NCBI GenBank assembly: GCA_965261595.1
Contig: CBDHDG010000005.1
Coordinates: 896,001 to 960,000, forward strand
Direction of reading: 5' to 3'
Source of the DNA: a bacterium
GTDB lineage: Bacteria; UBA8248; JACPRG01; G963555815
Length of the DNA stretch: 64,000 nucleotides
Positions 20,194-30,683 of this stretch are shown one piece after another; position 1 is the stretch's first letter; each line of letters starts with the position of its first letter. The notes below the pieces were generated by a model. That model made no database searches. It worked only from the letters and a program-made list of their open reading frames with translations, and was not told the origin of the DNA. The position numbers were made by a program, and so were the translations under genes.

Positions 20194-20732
20194 TTCATCT
20201 TCCTTTTGAAAAGCAGTGAAGCATATCGCACGGCGATGCACCCCTTTCCGCCTCGGCGCGGCCGGCTCAATTCGCATCTTCCAGCCGCCTCGCGTCTCTT
20301 GCGAAGAGGCCGGTATCGCCTCCATCGAGCCCGGCAACCACTGCCGGATTCGCTCAAGAACAGCCCCGAAACGGCGACGGCCAAGACTGAGCCTCAAAGC
20401 GTCGTTCTCGGCTTCACCCCGAAGGTTCCACTCTCAGAATGTGGCCAAGGGAACCTATACAGCTTAATTATACACTGGGAACGGGAAAACCTCTAGTCAC
20501 AACGAATGATCTATATGGGAAATCCGGCGAAGGCATGCTTCAGGATTGAATACAGTTCCGCGAATGCCGGACCCAGAAATTGAAAATAGCCGTATCCTCA
20601 ACCGCACCGGATTGGAATCTGATCATTCAAGACCTGATCCCGATTCAGTCCTCCGGGCTGGAGGCCCGGCCTGCCTAATCAGTTGGGCGGGACGGACGGA
20701 TCCGCCCCGGATTCGCGCAATTCGTGATTCCC

Positions 20733-22895
20733 TCACGGTTTCACCCGCACCTTGTCATAGAGCGGCGGGTCTTCGGGCAGGGCGACTTCGACGTCCAGAA
20801 GCCGGCCCGTTTGCGGGCACAGGAACCAGCGCATCTCGAACAGGCCGCTTGTCGAGCGGCACGGACCGGCCTCGGCCAGCGGGACTTTGGCGACGGCGCA
20901 GTGGTCCTTCCAGTTCTCGTCGATTCCGCACAGGAGCCGGCCGCTCCGGGTGCATTGAATGTATGTATTTCCGTCTACGCCCTTCACGGTGCGCAACGCC
21001 TCGCTCAGGTTGTGGAAAGGCGCGTTCTCTTCAATGTTCACCTGCGGACCCGGCCCGTTGCCTTGAGCGGCTTCGAGCCGCTTCTCCAGAAGCTCGCGCC
21101 TGCGCCGGGCGGTCGCCTCCGCGTCGAGCGCCGCCGGTCCCGCGTCCTTCAGGATGACGCCGTAGAGCCTTTCAGCCCATTGCCGGGAGACCATCCCCGC
21201 GATGACGTCCTCCACGACGCGCCCGGGGTCCCGTTCCAGGGGATCGCCGTATCCGCCGCCTCCGCCGAAGCATCCATGGAGCATCTCGCCCTTCTCAAGG
21301 GCGTACTCCCCCCAGCCAGCGGGGGCGCGCCTGCCGCCGAATTCTTCCACCCGCTCCGGGAAGCCGTCTTGCCCCAGGACTTCGTAGACATCTTTGCCCT
21401 GGTAGAGACCGAAGTTCGTGTTGTTCCCGGGGAGGCCGCCCGAGAAGCCCAGGCACCGGGTGAAGTCCGTTCCCGTGCAATAGAGCACCAGGTTGATCCG
21501 GTCGTTCTCGGCGCCGTGGGCGGTGATGCCGTACTCGGTCGTCAGCCCGCCCCGGAACCGGCCGGCGCCGGCCGAGTCCTTCTGGAGCCGGTGGAAGGTG
21601 TACAGAATGGGGAGGTTGAGCTCCTCGAACTCGATGTTGGGTGTCCGGTTGATCGGGTTGGGGATCGTTCCGGCGAAATCGACGCCGTCCCGGAAGGTGC
21701 GCGCGCCGCCGCACCCCCCCATGTTCTGGGTGATCGTGGAGACGACGAATTTCCCCGCTTTGGTGCCCGTCACGGTCGTGGGCGTCTGCGCGCCTTGCCA
21801 GACGCAGGTGGCTTCTTTGCGGTATGCGTCGCTGGCGACCAGCATTTTGGAGATGGCCTCGAGGGCGACGGCGTTGATCAGGCCGATCCCGGTGAGGGTG
21901 GCCAGGCAGTTCGGCGCGGGGCGCGTGCAGTTGACCAGGCTCCCCTCCGGCGCGTTCATCGTGACGGGCTTCAGCATCCCGTCGTTCCAGAGGATGTCGT
22001 AGCCCAGGAGCGGAAACACGGGGGCGAGAACCGCGCCGTAGCTCCCCCAGTAGGCCGCGTTGAACGGGACGGGCGATTGCGGGCTGGTGCCGGTGAAGTC
22101 GAAGTGAATCGCGTCGTCCGTCTTCGTCATCGCGAGGTGGACGACGTAGTTCCGGCCCTCGGCCTCGATGTAGTGCCGGGTCCGCCACGTTCCGTCGGGC
22201 AGCTCCCGGAGTCTTTTGCGAAAAAGCGTCTCGGACTCGTCGAGCAGCCCCTGGGAGACCTCGTCCACCGTTTCCTGGCCGTACTTGTCCATCAGCTCGG
22301 TCAACCGCTCCTTGACGGTGACGTTCGCGGCGATCTGCGAGCGGAGGTCGAGGGCGACATTGTCCGGAACCCGCACCATGTTGAGCAGCGTGGCCCAGAC
22401 ATCTTTCCGGACGACCCCCCGCTCCACGATCTTGATGCCCGGACACATGATCCCTTCGTGGTAAATCTCCCGGGAATGGGGGGCGAAGCCGCCGGGGTTG
22501 ATGGCGCCGATGTCGCGCCAGTGGACGAAGTTCGCGCTCCAGGCGACCAGCTTGTCCCGATAGAAGATCGGGGAGATCACATACGCGTCCGAGCTGTGCA
22601 AGGCCGCGACGTAGGGGTCGTTGATCAGGAACACGTCGCCGTCGTAGACACCGGGGTTCTCATGGTACTCGCGCAGGACGTGCCGGCACGCCTCGCCGGC
22701 GCCGGGCAGGGCGTGGAGGTACCCCATCACCGCCATCAGGAGACCCCCGTCGGCGCGGTACAGGCCCACGAGGAGGTCATGGCCCTCCGTCGTCGTCGAG
22801 GAGCCGGAGATGTGCTTGAGCGTGATGACCGCCTCGTCCACGATGCGCATGAGCTTGTGGCGGATGATCTCGAACGTGAAGGGATCGACGCTCAC
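20733..22895 (-). CDS. Hydantoinase B/oxoprolinase family protein with C-terminal acetone-carboxylase-gamma-like domain
   Basis: DPFTFEII, NDPY...HSSD, HWRDIG, DSAGAGRFRGG, GGGGYGDPLERDP; tail ENWKDH...FLCPQTGRLLDVEV. Confidence 0.9.
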   Translation of the reverse strand: MSVDPFTFEIIRHKLMRIVDEAVITLKHISGSSTTTEGHDLLVGLYRADGGLLMAVMGYLHALPGAGEACRHVLREYHENPGVYDGDVFLINDPYVAALHSSDAYVISPIFYRDKLVAWSANFVHWRDIGAINPGGFAPHSREIYHEGIMCPGIKIVERGVVRKDVWATLLNMVRVPDNVALDLRSQIAANVTVKERLTELMDKYGQETVDEVSQGLLDESETLFRKRLRELPDGTWRTRHYIEAEGRNYVVHLAMTKTDDAIHFDFTGTSPQSPVPFNAAYWGSYGAVLAPVFPLLGYDILWNDGMLKPVTMNAPEGSLVNCTRPAPNCLATLTGIGLINAVALEAISKMLVASDAYRKEATCVWQGAQTPTTVTGTKAGKFVVSTITQNMGGCGGARTFRDGVDFAGTIPNPINRTPNIEFEELNLPILYTFHRLQKDSAGAGRFRGGLTTEYGITAHGAENDRINLVLYCTGTDFTRCLGFSGGLPGNNTNFGLYQGKDVYEVLGQDGFPERVEEFGGRRAPAGWGEYALEKGEMLHGCFGGGGGYGDPLERDPGRVVEDVIAGMVSRQWAERLYGVILKDAGPAALDAEATARRRRELLEKRLEAAQGNGPGPQVNIEENAPFHNLSEALRTVKGVDGNTYIQCTRSGRLLCGIDENWKDHCAVAKVPLAEAGPCRSTSGLFEMRWFLCPQTGRLLDVEVALPEDPPLYDKVRVKP

Positions 22896-22901
22896 GGCGC
22901 G

Positions 22902-24995
22902 CTACTCCTTCAAGGGAATGATGACGTTTTTGTACATGTCCAACACCGCCTTCTGGCCGGGCTGGAGGACGATGGTCGTGACCGGCGTCACGATGACGGC
23001 GGGGCCGTCTACGGCGTTGCCGTGCTCGAGGAGGTCGTAGCGATAGACCCCGGTTTCGCATTTCTCGCCGTTGAAGAAGATCGGTCGCCTATTGATAAGG
23101 GCCTTCCCGGGATCCGGGCCCGCCTTTTCGAATGTCCGGAGCGTGGGCTTGGGAAGCTTCCCGACGGCCCGCAAATGGAAGCTGATGATCTCCATTCCCG
23201 CTTCCTGATAGGCCGAGCCCTTCCCGTGTTTCTGCTCGTAGATCTCCGTGAATTGCCGGTAGACGGCCTCCAGGTCCTGCGTTGAGAGCTTCCCGAGGGG
23301 GACCGGCGTGATGACCTCGTGCATTTGAAGCCGGAACCGCAGCCCCGCCGTTCTTTGGAAGCGGACCTCGTTCTCCGCGAATCCTTCCTGCTTCATCTCT
23401 TCGAGGGCCTTGGCCTCCAGCCCGGTGAAGATATCGTTCACCTCGGCCGCCGCCGCCGGGACCGGGACGTGCTTCGTCACGGGATACTCATGGGTGACGT
23501 CCGAGGTCACGATGCCGAAGGCCCCGTGGACCGACGCCGTGGACGGGACGACGATCTTTTGGACGCCCAGCTCGGGCGAGAAGGCCCCGGCGTGGATGGA
23601 TGCCGCTCCGCCGTAGGAGAACAGGACGTAATCCCGGGGGTCCAGGCCGCGCTCCACCGTGACCTTCCGGACCAGGTCCGCCATCTGGGCGTTAACCAGC
23701 CGGTATAGAGCGGAGGCCGCCTCCTCGACTTCCATCCCCAGGGGCTCGGCCACCTTTTGGCGGAAGAGGGCCTCGGTTTTTTCAAGGTCGAGCTTCATCT
23801 TCCCGCCCAGGAAGTAGTCCGGTTCGATATAGCCGAGGAGGAGGTTTACGTCCGTGAGGGTGGGCTCCTCGCCGCCCAGGCCGTAGCAGATGGGTCCGGG
23901 CGAGGCCCCGGCGCTTTGCGGGCCGATTCGGGGCAGGTTCGTTCGGGGCTCGATCCATACGATGCTTCCGCCGCCGGCCCCGATGGAGACGATGTCGATC
24001 TTGGGGATCAGCGAGTGGTGCCGCAGGATGGTGGACTCCCAGGCGTACTCGTAGACCCCGTCCGTGATGACGCCGACCTTGAAGCTGGTCCCGCCGAGAT
24101 CGCACCCGATGATGTTCGGACACCCGATCAGGTTGCCGGCGAACTGGCTGCCGATGATGCCCCCGGCGGGGCCGGACTCGATCATCCCCACGGCCCGCTC
24201 GGTGGCCTTCGGCACGGGCAGGAGCCCGCCGTAGCCCTGCATGATCAACGGGCTTTCCGTGAAGCCCAGCTTGGAGATCCGCTCCTCGAGGCCCCGGAGC
24301 GACTCGCGCATCTCGGGGGCCACGGCGGCGTTCAGCGCAACGGTCGAGACCCGCTCATACTCGCCGATCCGGGGCGCGAGCTCCGAGGAGAGGGTCACGG
24401 GGACGTCCGGGTGGAGCTTGCGGATGGCCTCCGCCGCCCGGTTCTCGTTCTCCGGATTTCGGAACGACCATAGAAAACACAGACCGATGGATTCGGCCCC
24501 GCTCTCCACAAGGGCTTTCGCCGCCCCGCCCACGTCCGCCTCATCCACGGGGACGACGATCTCCCCCTGGCTGTCCGTGCGCTCGCGGACGCCCCGGGTC
24601 AGCGTTCGCGGCACGAGGGGCGTGGGTTTATCGGTCATGACCGGGTGCATGGCCTCTTCGTTGGACAGCCCGGCCCAGCGCCCGTAGCCGCCCCGGGTGA
24701 GGACCAGGGTGTCTTCGAACCCCCGCGTCATGAGCAGGCCGACCTTGGCCAGCCGCCGGTTGATGAGGGCGTTCTCCGCGGCGGTCGTGCCGAGCAGGAA
24801 TGCATCCGCCCGGCTCATCAGCTCTTCCACGCTCAGGCCGAGCGCGTCGGCGCCGTCCCGGACGCTGTCGAGCACCCCGACGGAGAAGTCGTAGGGCGTC
24901 GAGAGGGACTTGCCCAACGTGATCGAGCCGTCCGAGTCGAGCAGGACGGCGTCCGTAAAGGTCCCTCCCACATCCACACCGATGATGTAGGCCAT
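22902..24995 (-). CDS. Hydantoinase A/oxoprolinase family ATP-dependent subunit
   Basis: GVDVGGTFTD, ESGPAGG, DLGGTSF, SIGAGGGSI, GPQSAGASPGPICY. Confidence 0.93.
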   Translation of the reverse strand: MAYIIGVDVGGTFTDAVLLDSDGSITLGKSLSTPYDFSVGVLDSVRDGADALGLSVEELMSRADAFLLGTTAAENALINRRLAKVGLLMTRGFEDTLVLTRGGYGRWAGLSNEEAMHPVMTDKPTPLVPRTLTRGVRERTDSQGEIVVPVDEADVGGAAKALVESGAESIGLCFLWSFRNPENENRAAEAIRKLHPDVPVTLSSELAPRIGEYERVSTVALNAAVAPEMRESLRGLEERISKLGFTESPLIMQGYGGLLPVPKATERAVGMIESGPAGGIIGSQFAGNLIGCPNIIGCDLGGTSFKVGVITDGVYEYAWESTILRHHSLIPKIDIVSIGAGGGSIVWIEPRTNLPRIGPQSAGASPGPICYGLGGEEPTLTDVNLLLGYIEPDYFLGGKMKLDLEKTEALFRQKVAEPLGMEVEEAASALYRLVNAQMADLVRKVTVERGLDPRDYVLFSYGGAASIHAGAFSPELGVQKIVVPSTASVHGAFGIVTSDVTHEYPVTKHVPVPAAAAEVNDIFTGLEAKALEEMKQEGFAENEVRFQRTAGLRFRLQMHEVITPVPLGKLSTQDLEAVYRQFTEIYEQKHGKGSAYQEAGMEIISFHLRAVGKLPKPTLRTFEKAGPDPGKALINRRPIFFNGEKCETGVYRYDLLEHGNAVDGPAVIVTPVTTIVLQPGQKAVLDMYKNVIIPLKE

Positions 24996-25044
24996 GGCTT
25001 CCCCTTCTTGTGGAAATGAAAGCGGTTCACATGCGGCGGGCCGC

Positions 25045-25713
25045 TCAGGCGTTCAGCGTCGCCTTCTTCCCCGACAGCTTCCCCGCGACTTCATCCAGGT
25101 TGGTGACCACCCCGAAATAAATCCGGACGTTTTTGAGCATCGAGTCGTGAAGGTCCTGAAAGGAGCCGGCGACGCAATCCTCGGGGACGACGAGGTCGAA
25201 GTCGTGAAAGTACCCTTCCCGGATGGTGGATTCGACGCAATAGTTCGAGTTCACGCCGGAGATGATGAGCATTTGCACGCCCAGCATTTTCAATTTCGTC
25301 GCCAGGTTGGTGTCGAAGAAGCAGGAGGCGCGGTGCTTCCAGAGAATGTGGTCCTCGGGACGGTGGACCTTCATCATGTCCTCTTGGAGATTGAGCTCGT
25401 TCGTCCCCCGGGAGGCGACGAAGATGTTGCGCTTCTCCAGGTGATTGGGAATCTTGTGGCGCAGGCGCGTCTTGTCGTCGCGGATGTGCTCCTGGATCGA
25501 CCAGATGATCGGCATCCCCGACTTGCGGCAGGCTTCAACCAAGCCACAGACGTTCGGAATGATGGCGCGCTGGTTCTTGTTGAGTCCGGCCTTGCCGAAG
25601 GTGCTGTCGATATCCAGGAAACCGGTTTGCATGTCGATCACGAGCAAGGCCGTATCGGAAGGGTCGATTTCCCATTCGAATTCGATCACACCGAAATTAT
25701 CACTCATGCTCAT
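25045..25713 (-). CDS. Isochorismatase/cysteine hydrolase (RutB-like)
   Basis: ALLVIDMQTGF, KHRASCF..TNL, GVNSNYCVESTIR. Confidence 0.9.
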   Translation of the reverse strand: MSMSDNFGVIEFEWEIDPSDTALLVIDMQTGFLDIDSTFGKAGLNKNQRAIIPNVCGLVEACRKSGMPIIWSIQEHIRDDKTRLRHKIPNHLEKRNIFVASRGTNELNLQEDMMKVHRPEDHILWKHRASCFFDTNLATKLKMLGVQMLIISGVNSNYCVESTIREGYFHDFDLVVPEDCVAGSFQDLHDSMLKNVRIYFGVVTNLDEVAGKLSGKKATLNA

Positions 25714-26181
25714 CCTCCTGAGGGCATTCGCATTTCGGGAAGCCCTTCAAAACAGGGGGCAGCCGTTTGGAATCGGTTTCCATTTTCCGGGTCCGATTCC
25801 GTATTTCAATCTCGAAGTTACGCCCCGAACCACCCGACCCGGCGTGGCCCCACTCAGGATTCGATTGAGTGAATCTACCATAGGCCCGAATTTCATGCAG
25901 GGGTCAAGGGCCTTGTCCCACTGAGGACCACTTCCGGACGTGGGCGAAAAGGAACATTCGGGCGTATGGAAGCCGGCGTCATTCTCCCTTCCCGGAATAG
26001 CCGGGAATCTTTCGGACCCGTTTATCGTTGACAGGATTATGGGTCTTCGGTACGCTCCACTGGGCTTTTGGAAGTCCCGGAACTGCCGGGTCTCTCCCCC
26101 CCCTCCCCCCTCCCTCCCGTTCGCGGGTCTGGCCCGATGGGTGTCAGGTAAGATGGCTCGACAATCCCCTTCCTCCCCCCT

Positions 26182-27141
26182 GTGGTTGAAACCGCTATGC
26201 GGCGGGGCGGTTCTGTGCGGATTCCTCCTCCTTCTCTTGTGGCCCCGCTTCTCCCCGCTGAGACGAACCCGCCCGATCCTTTCGAGGCCATCGTTCGCGG
26301 CGCCGAGAATATCCTTCCTTCGGTCGTCACGCTGGAGGTGAGCGTTCCCCCGGAGCATCCGGCGGCGGCCATTTTGGGGACGGGGCGCGTCGGCACGGGC
26401 GTCATCGTGTCCCGGGAAGGCCACATCCTGACCGCCAGCTATATCGTCATGGGCGACCGGAGGATTCAGGTCACCCTGCCGGACGGCAGGAGGGTTCCCG
26501 GCCGGGTTTTCAAGATCGACCATTCCCGGGGACTGGGCGTCGTGAAGGTCGAGATCTCCGGGCTTCGTCCCGCTCCCCTGGGCGTGTCGCGGAACCTCCG
26601 GATCGGCCAGATGGCGATCGCCGTCGGGAGCCGCGGCGGGACCGAGCGGGCGGTCCATCACGGGATCGTGAGCGCGGTGCCGCCCTTCACCGCCCCGTGG
26701 GAGTTCCGCATCGAGCGGGCCATCTATACGACGGCCATGACCTCGGGGTTTTTCGGGGGGACCCCGCTTCTGGACGCCCGGGGGCGGGTCGTCGGGATCA
26801 TCTCCCTCAACATGACCCGGGAGCGCGGGATGGGCCTCGCCATCCCCATCGACCTCTTCACCGAAGTCCGCAAAGACCTGCTCGACATCCGGCCGGATGA
26901 GCGCCGGGCGCTCCCCTGGCTGGGCGTCCTGACGTTCATGGTCAAGGATCGGCTCATCGTCCGGCGCGTAACGCCCAACGGGCCCGCCGGGGTCTCCGGG
27001 GTCCTCCCCCGGGACGTCATCCGGGCGGTGGATGGAAAGCCTGTGGGGAGTCAGGAAGGATTCTACCGGGCCGTCCGGCGCGGTGAAAAAAACATGAGCG
27101 TCCGGGTGTACGGCGGAAACCGCGAGGAGTTCTATCGGTGA
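26182..27141 (+). CDS. HtrA/S1C-like trypsin + PDZ protein, probably catalytically inactive
   Basis: GTGVIV, LTASYIV (no His), GFFGGTPL (no Ser), shortened PDZ. Confidence 0.8.
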   Translation: MVETAMRRGGSVRIPPPSLVAPLLPAETNPPDPFEAIVRGAENILPSVVTLEVSVPPEHPAAAILGTGRVGTGVIVSREGHILTASYIVMGDRRIQVTLPDGRRVPGRVFKIDHSRGLGVVKVEISGLRPAPLGVSRNLRIGQMAIAVGSRGGTERAVHHGIVSAVPPFTAPWEFRIERAIYTTAMTSGFFGGTPLLDARGRVVGIISLNMTRERGMGLAIPIDLFTEVRKDLLDIRPDERRALPWLGVLTFMVKDRLIVRRVTPNGPAGVSGVLPRDVIRAVDGKPVGSQEGFYRAVRRGEKNMSVRVYGGNREEFYR

Positions 27142-28166
27142 GGACGCATTGGGGGAGGGGATTCCCCGGTCTCGTTCTGGGGCTGGTCTTCGCGCTTGCC
27201 GTTTCGGCCAAGGGAGCGGAAAAGGACCCCTTCGAGGCGGTGACCGAGGTGGCCCGCCGGGCTCTGCCCGCCGTGGTGAGCATCGAGGCCCACGCCCCCG
27301 AGGGAAGCCCGGCCGCTGAAATCCTCGGCCGGAACCGAAAGGGGACGGGGATGCTCATCGATCCTTCAGGGTGGGTCCTGACGAGCAACCACGTCGTGGC
27401 GGGTGCGGATCGGATATTCGTCACCTTGACGGATGGCCGAAGGTTTCCCGGCGAGATGGCGGGCAATGACGCCCAGACCGATCTGGCGCTTGTTCGTGTG
27501 AAGGGAGAGGGATTCTCCGTTCTCCCCCTCGGCCGCTCCACCGGCCTTCGTCTGGGCGAGGGGGTGGTTGTCATCGGAAGCGGCGCGGGGAAAGACCGGG
27601 AGGTCACCCTGGGGACGGTGAACGCCATCGGGCCTTTTGTGGCCTACTGGGAGTTCATGCTGGACCGTGTGATCCAGACGGATACCTTCGTCCGACAGGG
27701 CTACAGCGGAGGCCCCCTGTTGAACCTGCGGGGGGAGGTGGTCGGCGTGGTTTCTTACCTGCGCCCGACGGCGCCCGGTCTTGCGGGGCTGGTCATCCCC
27801 ATTGAAGCGGCGTCCGCGCTGCGGCGGAGCCTCTCAGCCGGGCAGGGGGGCTTTTCAGCCGGAGATGGGACCCAGCGGACCCGCCGCGCCTGGCTCGGCG
27901 CCAGTGTGATTCCCCGGGCGGGCGGGATCGCCATCCAGGGTCTCACGCCCGGAGGCCCGGCGACGCGCGCGAATCTCCTGCCGAAAGACGTCATCACGCA
28001 TGTGAACGCCGTTCCCGTCATGGGGCTTGAGACTTACTACCGCCAGCTCTGGAAGCACGCGCCCGGCTCGGAGATCCGGTTGACGATCCTGCGGGCCGGA
28101 GAGCGCCGGGTCGTTCCGGTCCGAAGCGCCGATCGGGACCGGTTCTTCGCGCCGTCAGGCAAGTGA
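27138..28166 (+). CDS. HtrA/S1C serine protease with PDZ domain
   Basis: Signal peptide, LTSNHVV, TDLALV, GYSGGPL triad; PDZ domain. Confidence 0.88.
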   Translation: MRTHWGRGFPGLVLGLVFALAVSAKGAEKDPFEAVTEVARRALPAVVSIEAHAPEGSPAAEILGRNRKGTGMLIDPSGWVLTSNHVVAGADRIFVTLTDGRRFPGEMAGNDAQTDLALVRVKGEGFSVLPLGRSTGLRLGEGVVVIGSGAGKDREVTLGTVNAIGPFVAYWEFMLDRVIQTDTFVRQGYSGGPLLNLRGEVVGVVSYLRPTAPGLAGLVIPIEAASALRRSLSAGQGGFSAGDGTQRTRRAWLGASVIPRAGGIAIQGLTPGGPATRANLLPKDVITHVNAVPVMGLETYYRQLWKHAPGSEIRLTILRAGERRVVPVRSADRDRFFAPSGK

Positions 28167-28248
28167 AGAGGACGCCTTACCCTTCTCTTTGCTCCCGCGG
28201 TGTCATCCGCCTCGCCGGATCCCGGTCATTCAGCCGAGGAGTCGTCCT

Positions 28249-30631
28249 TCACCCGTCCAGCCGCTCGATTCGGCAGCGGCTCGACCGGTTCGGCGTGGCG
28301 CCACTCACCGGGTCCACCACATCGCTCCCGATGATTCGGTTGAGGTTGGCTCCCGATTCCGAGAAGACGTCGTAGCCCGGAAGCTCCAGCTCTTTGCATT
28401 CCTGCCACCACCCGTGCTGGGTGCACACAACGTCGAGACGGATGGCGTCGGTCACGCGGGCCCGCATGCGGACGCTGCCTTGCGGGGTCTTGAGGCGGAC
28501 CCATTCCCCGTCGGACACCCCCAGCGCGCCGGCGGTTTGGGGATGGATGTCGACTTGGGGGTCCGGCCGCAGCTTTCTGAGGCTGGGAATGGCCCGGTGC
28601 TGCCCGTGGCAGAACTCCAACACCTTGGCCGTGATCATCGTGAGGGGGTAGCTTTCCGGATCGTCCGCCCCGGCCGGAAGCGGGGGCTCGAACTTCGGCG
28701 TCGGCGGCTGGCCCTTCTCAAGGAAGGATTCCAGGTAGAGCTCCACACGGCCCGTGGCGGTTTTGAATCCCCGGGGACGCCCGGTCTCCGGATTGGTTTC
28801 CCGGTATTTATGGTGTTTGACCGGAACGTTGACCTGTATCCCCGCCGGATTCTTCTCCAGATCCTTCAAGGTGAGCCCCGTGGGCGCGAGCTGGGCGTTG
28901 TAGGCGGCCCGGATGTCGCCGTCCCAGAACTGATCGCCCAGCCCCAGGCGCTTGGCCAGCTCGAAGATGATCTCCATGTCCGGCCGCGACTCATGGAGCG
29001 GCGGGACGATCCGCTTGCGAAGCTGGACGAACGTGGGCGCGTCGGTTCCCTGGAAGCCCGCCTTGACGTGGATGGATTCGAGGAAGGTCGAGGCGGGAAG
29101 GAGAATGTCCGCGAACCGGGCGACCGGCGTCTCGAACAGCTCGGCCAGAACGAAGAATTCAAGTTTCTCCAGCGCCTTCTGGCCTTCGAGGGTGTCGCAG
29201 GTCGAAAGGAGGATATTGCCGCCGAAGCTCACGATGGCCCGGATGGGGTAGGGCTTCCCCGTCAGGATGGCGCGAAACACCTCGTAAGGCGGAAGGTGGG
29301 CCGTCGTCCTGGGCGGGCCGAGGGGAAACCGCTCCCAAGCCAGGTTCTTCTCCCGCCTGCCGGGTGGCAGCAGGTGGACGCCGGCGACGCCCATCGCCCC
29401 CGCGCTCGGCCGGGCGATGTTGGCCCCGGGCGCGTCGATCTGACCCGTCAGGCTGAACAGCACTGAGATGGCCCGGTTTGTCTGCGTGGCGTTGGGGTGC
29501 TGCTCGACGCCGTTGTACGTGTAATAGCTGGAAGGTTTAACAGTAGCGAGCATGCGCGCCGCCCGGCGGATGTCGTCTTCGGGAACCCCCGTGATCCGGC
29601 TCACCTCGTCAAGGGGCGTCCGCCCGGCGGCTTCGACCAGGTGGTCCCAGGCCGTCCGGTAGGCGACGGTCTCCCCCGTCGGAAGCGGCGCCGTCCCGGC
29701 GGCGGACAGGGCGGGCGTCAGGGCGAGCGCTTCAAGGTCTTCCAAGGGATGGATCGCGCGGAGCGTCCTTCGCTCTTCGTCCCAGACGATGAACCGGTCT
29801 TCGCCGCCCTCGGGGTCGAGATCGCTTTCCCGCAGGAAGCGTCCTGTGTCCTCGCGGACGGCGAACGGCCCCGTCGTCCAGGTCCGGGCGAACGCCGGGT
29901 CGAACAATTCTTCCGCCAGGAGGACTTGGAGCATCCCCAGGGCCAGGCAGCCGTCGGTCCCGGGCCGGGACGGGCAGCCAGAGGTCCGCCTTATCGGCGA
30001 GGGGGATGCGCCGGGGGTCCACGACGATGAACTTGGCCCCGCGGTCCAGGGCCCGGAGGATGCTCCGGTAATGCCCGCGCCAGGTGTTCTCCGGGTTGTG
30101 GCCCCACAGGACGATGCAGGCCGTCCGGTCGAAATCCGGTTCGGCGATGCCGCTCCCGTAGGTGTAGCGGGAGGCGAAATCCTTGTGCCAGTTGCAGATG
30201 TACATGGCCGAGGAGATGTTGGGGCTGCCGAAGGTGAAGGCGAGGCGGTGGAACCAGGTGTTGAAGTCGCTGGAGGCGGCGCCGCCGGGCGAAGCCCGGT
30301 GGAAATCGACCGCCTCGGCCCCGGAGGCGTCCCGGATCTCCAGCAGCTTCTCGGCGATCGCGTCCAGGGTCTCCTCCCAGGTGATTCGCTCCCAGCCGGG
30401 ATCGGGGGAGGTCTTCGGTTTCGTCCGGCGAACGGGGTGTTTCAGGCGGTCCGGGTGATAGAGGAGCTCCGGCAGGGCCCGGCTCTTGGGGTCCAGCTCG
30501 ATCTCGTGCGGTCCGTTGGGGTGGTCGGGATCGGGGCGGACCTCGACGAGGCGGCCGTCTTCCACCACGCAGATGATCCCGCTCTGGGTTTTGCTCTGTG
30601 CGTCGTAGGTTCGGATCTCGGTCCTTGGCAT
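28249..30631 (-). CDS. Bis-MGD molybdopterin oxidoreductase (acetylene-hydratase-like group), split by +1 frameshift ~29968
   Basis: YHPDRLKHP, WERITWEE, SAMYICNWH, WGHNP, VVDPR, ADILLPAST.LE, C-terminal HGWW; extra C in the PV-R-PGTD motif. Confidence 0.85.
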
Positions 30632-30683
30632 GATCCTTTTCCCTTTCACAGCCCGCGGCGCCTTCTCTTCTCAAGAGGGGAAA

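Noticed and set aside
20724..23285. Long antisense ORFs (also 33321-35207, 39318-41402, 56135-58603)
   Set aside because: Shadows of GC-rich genes on the opposite strand with no recognisable motifs
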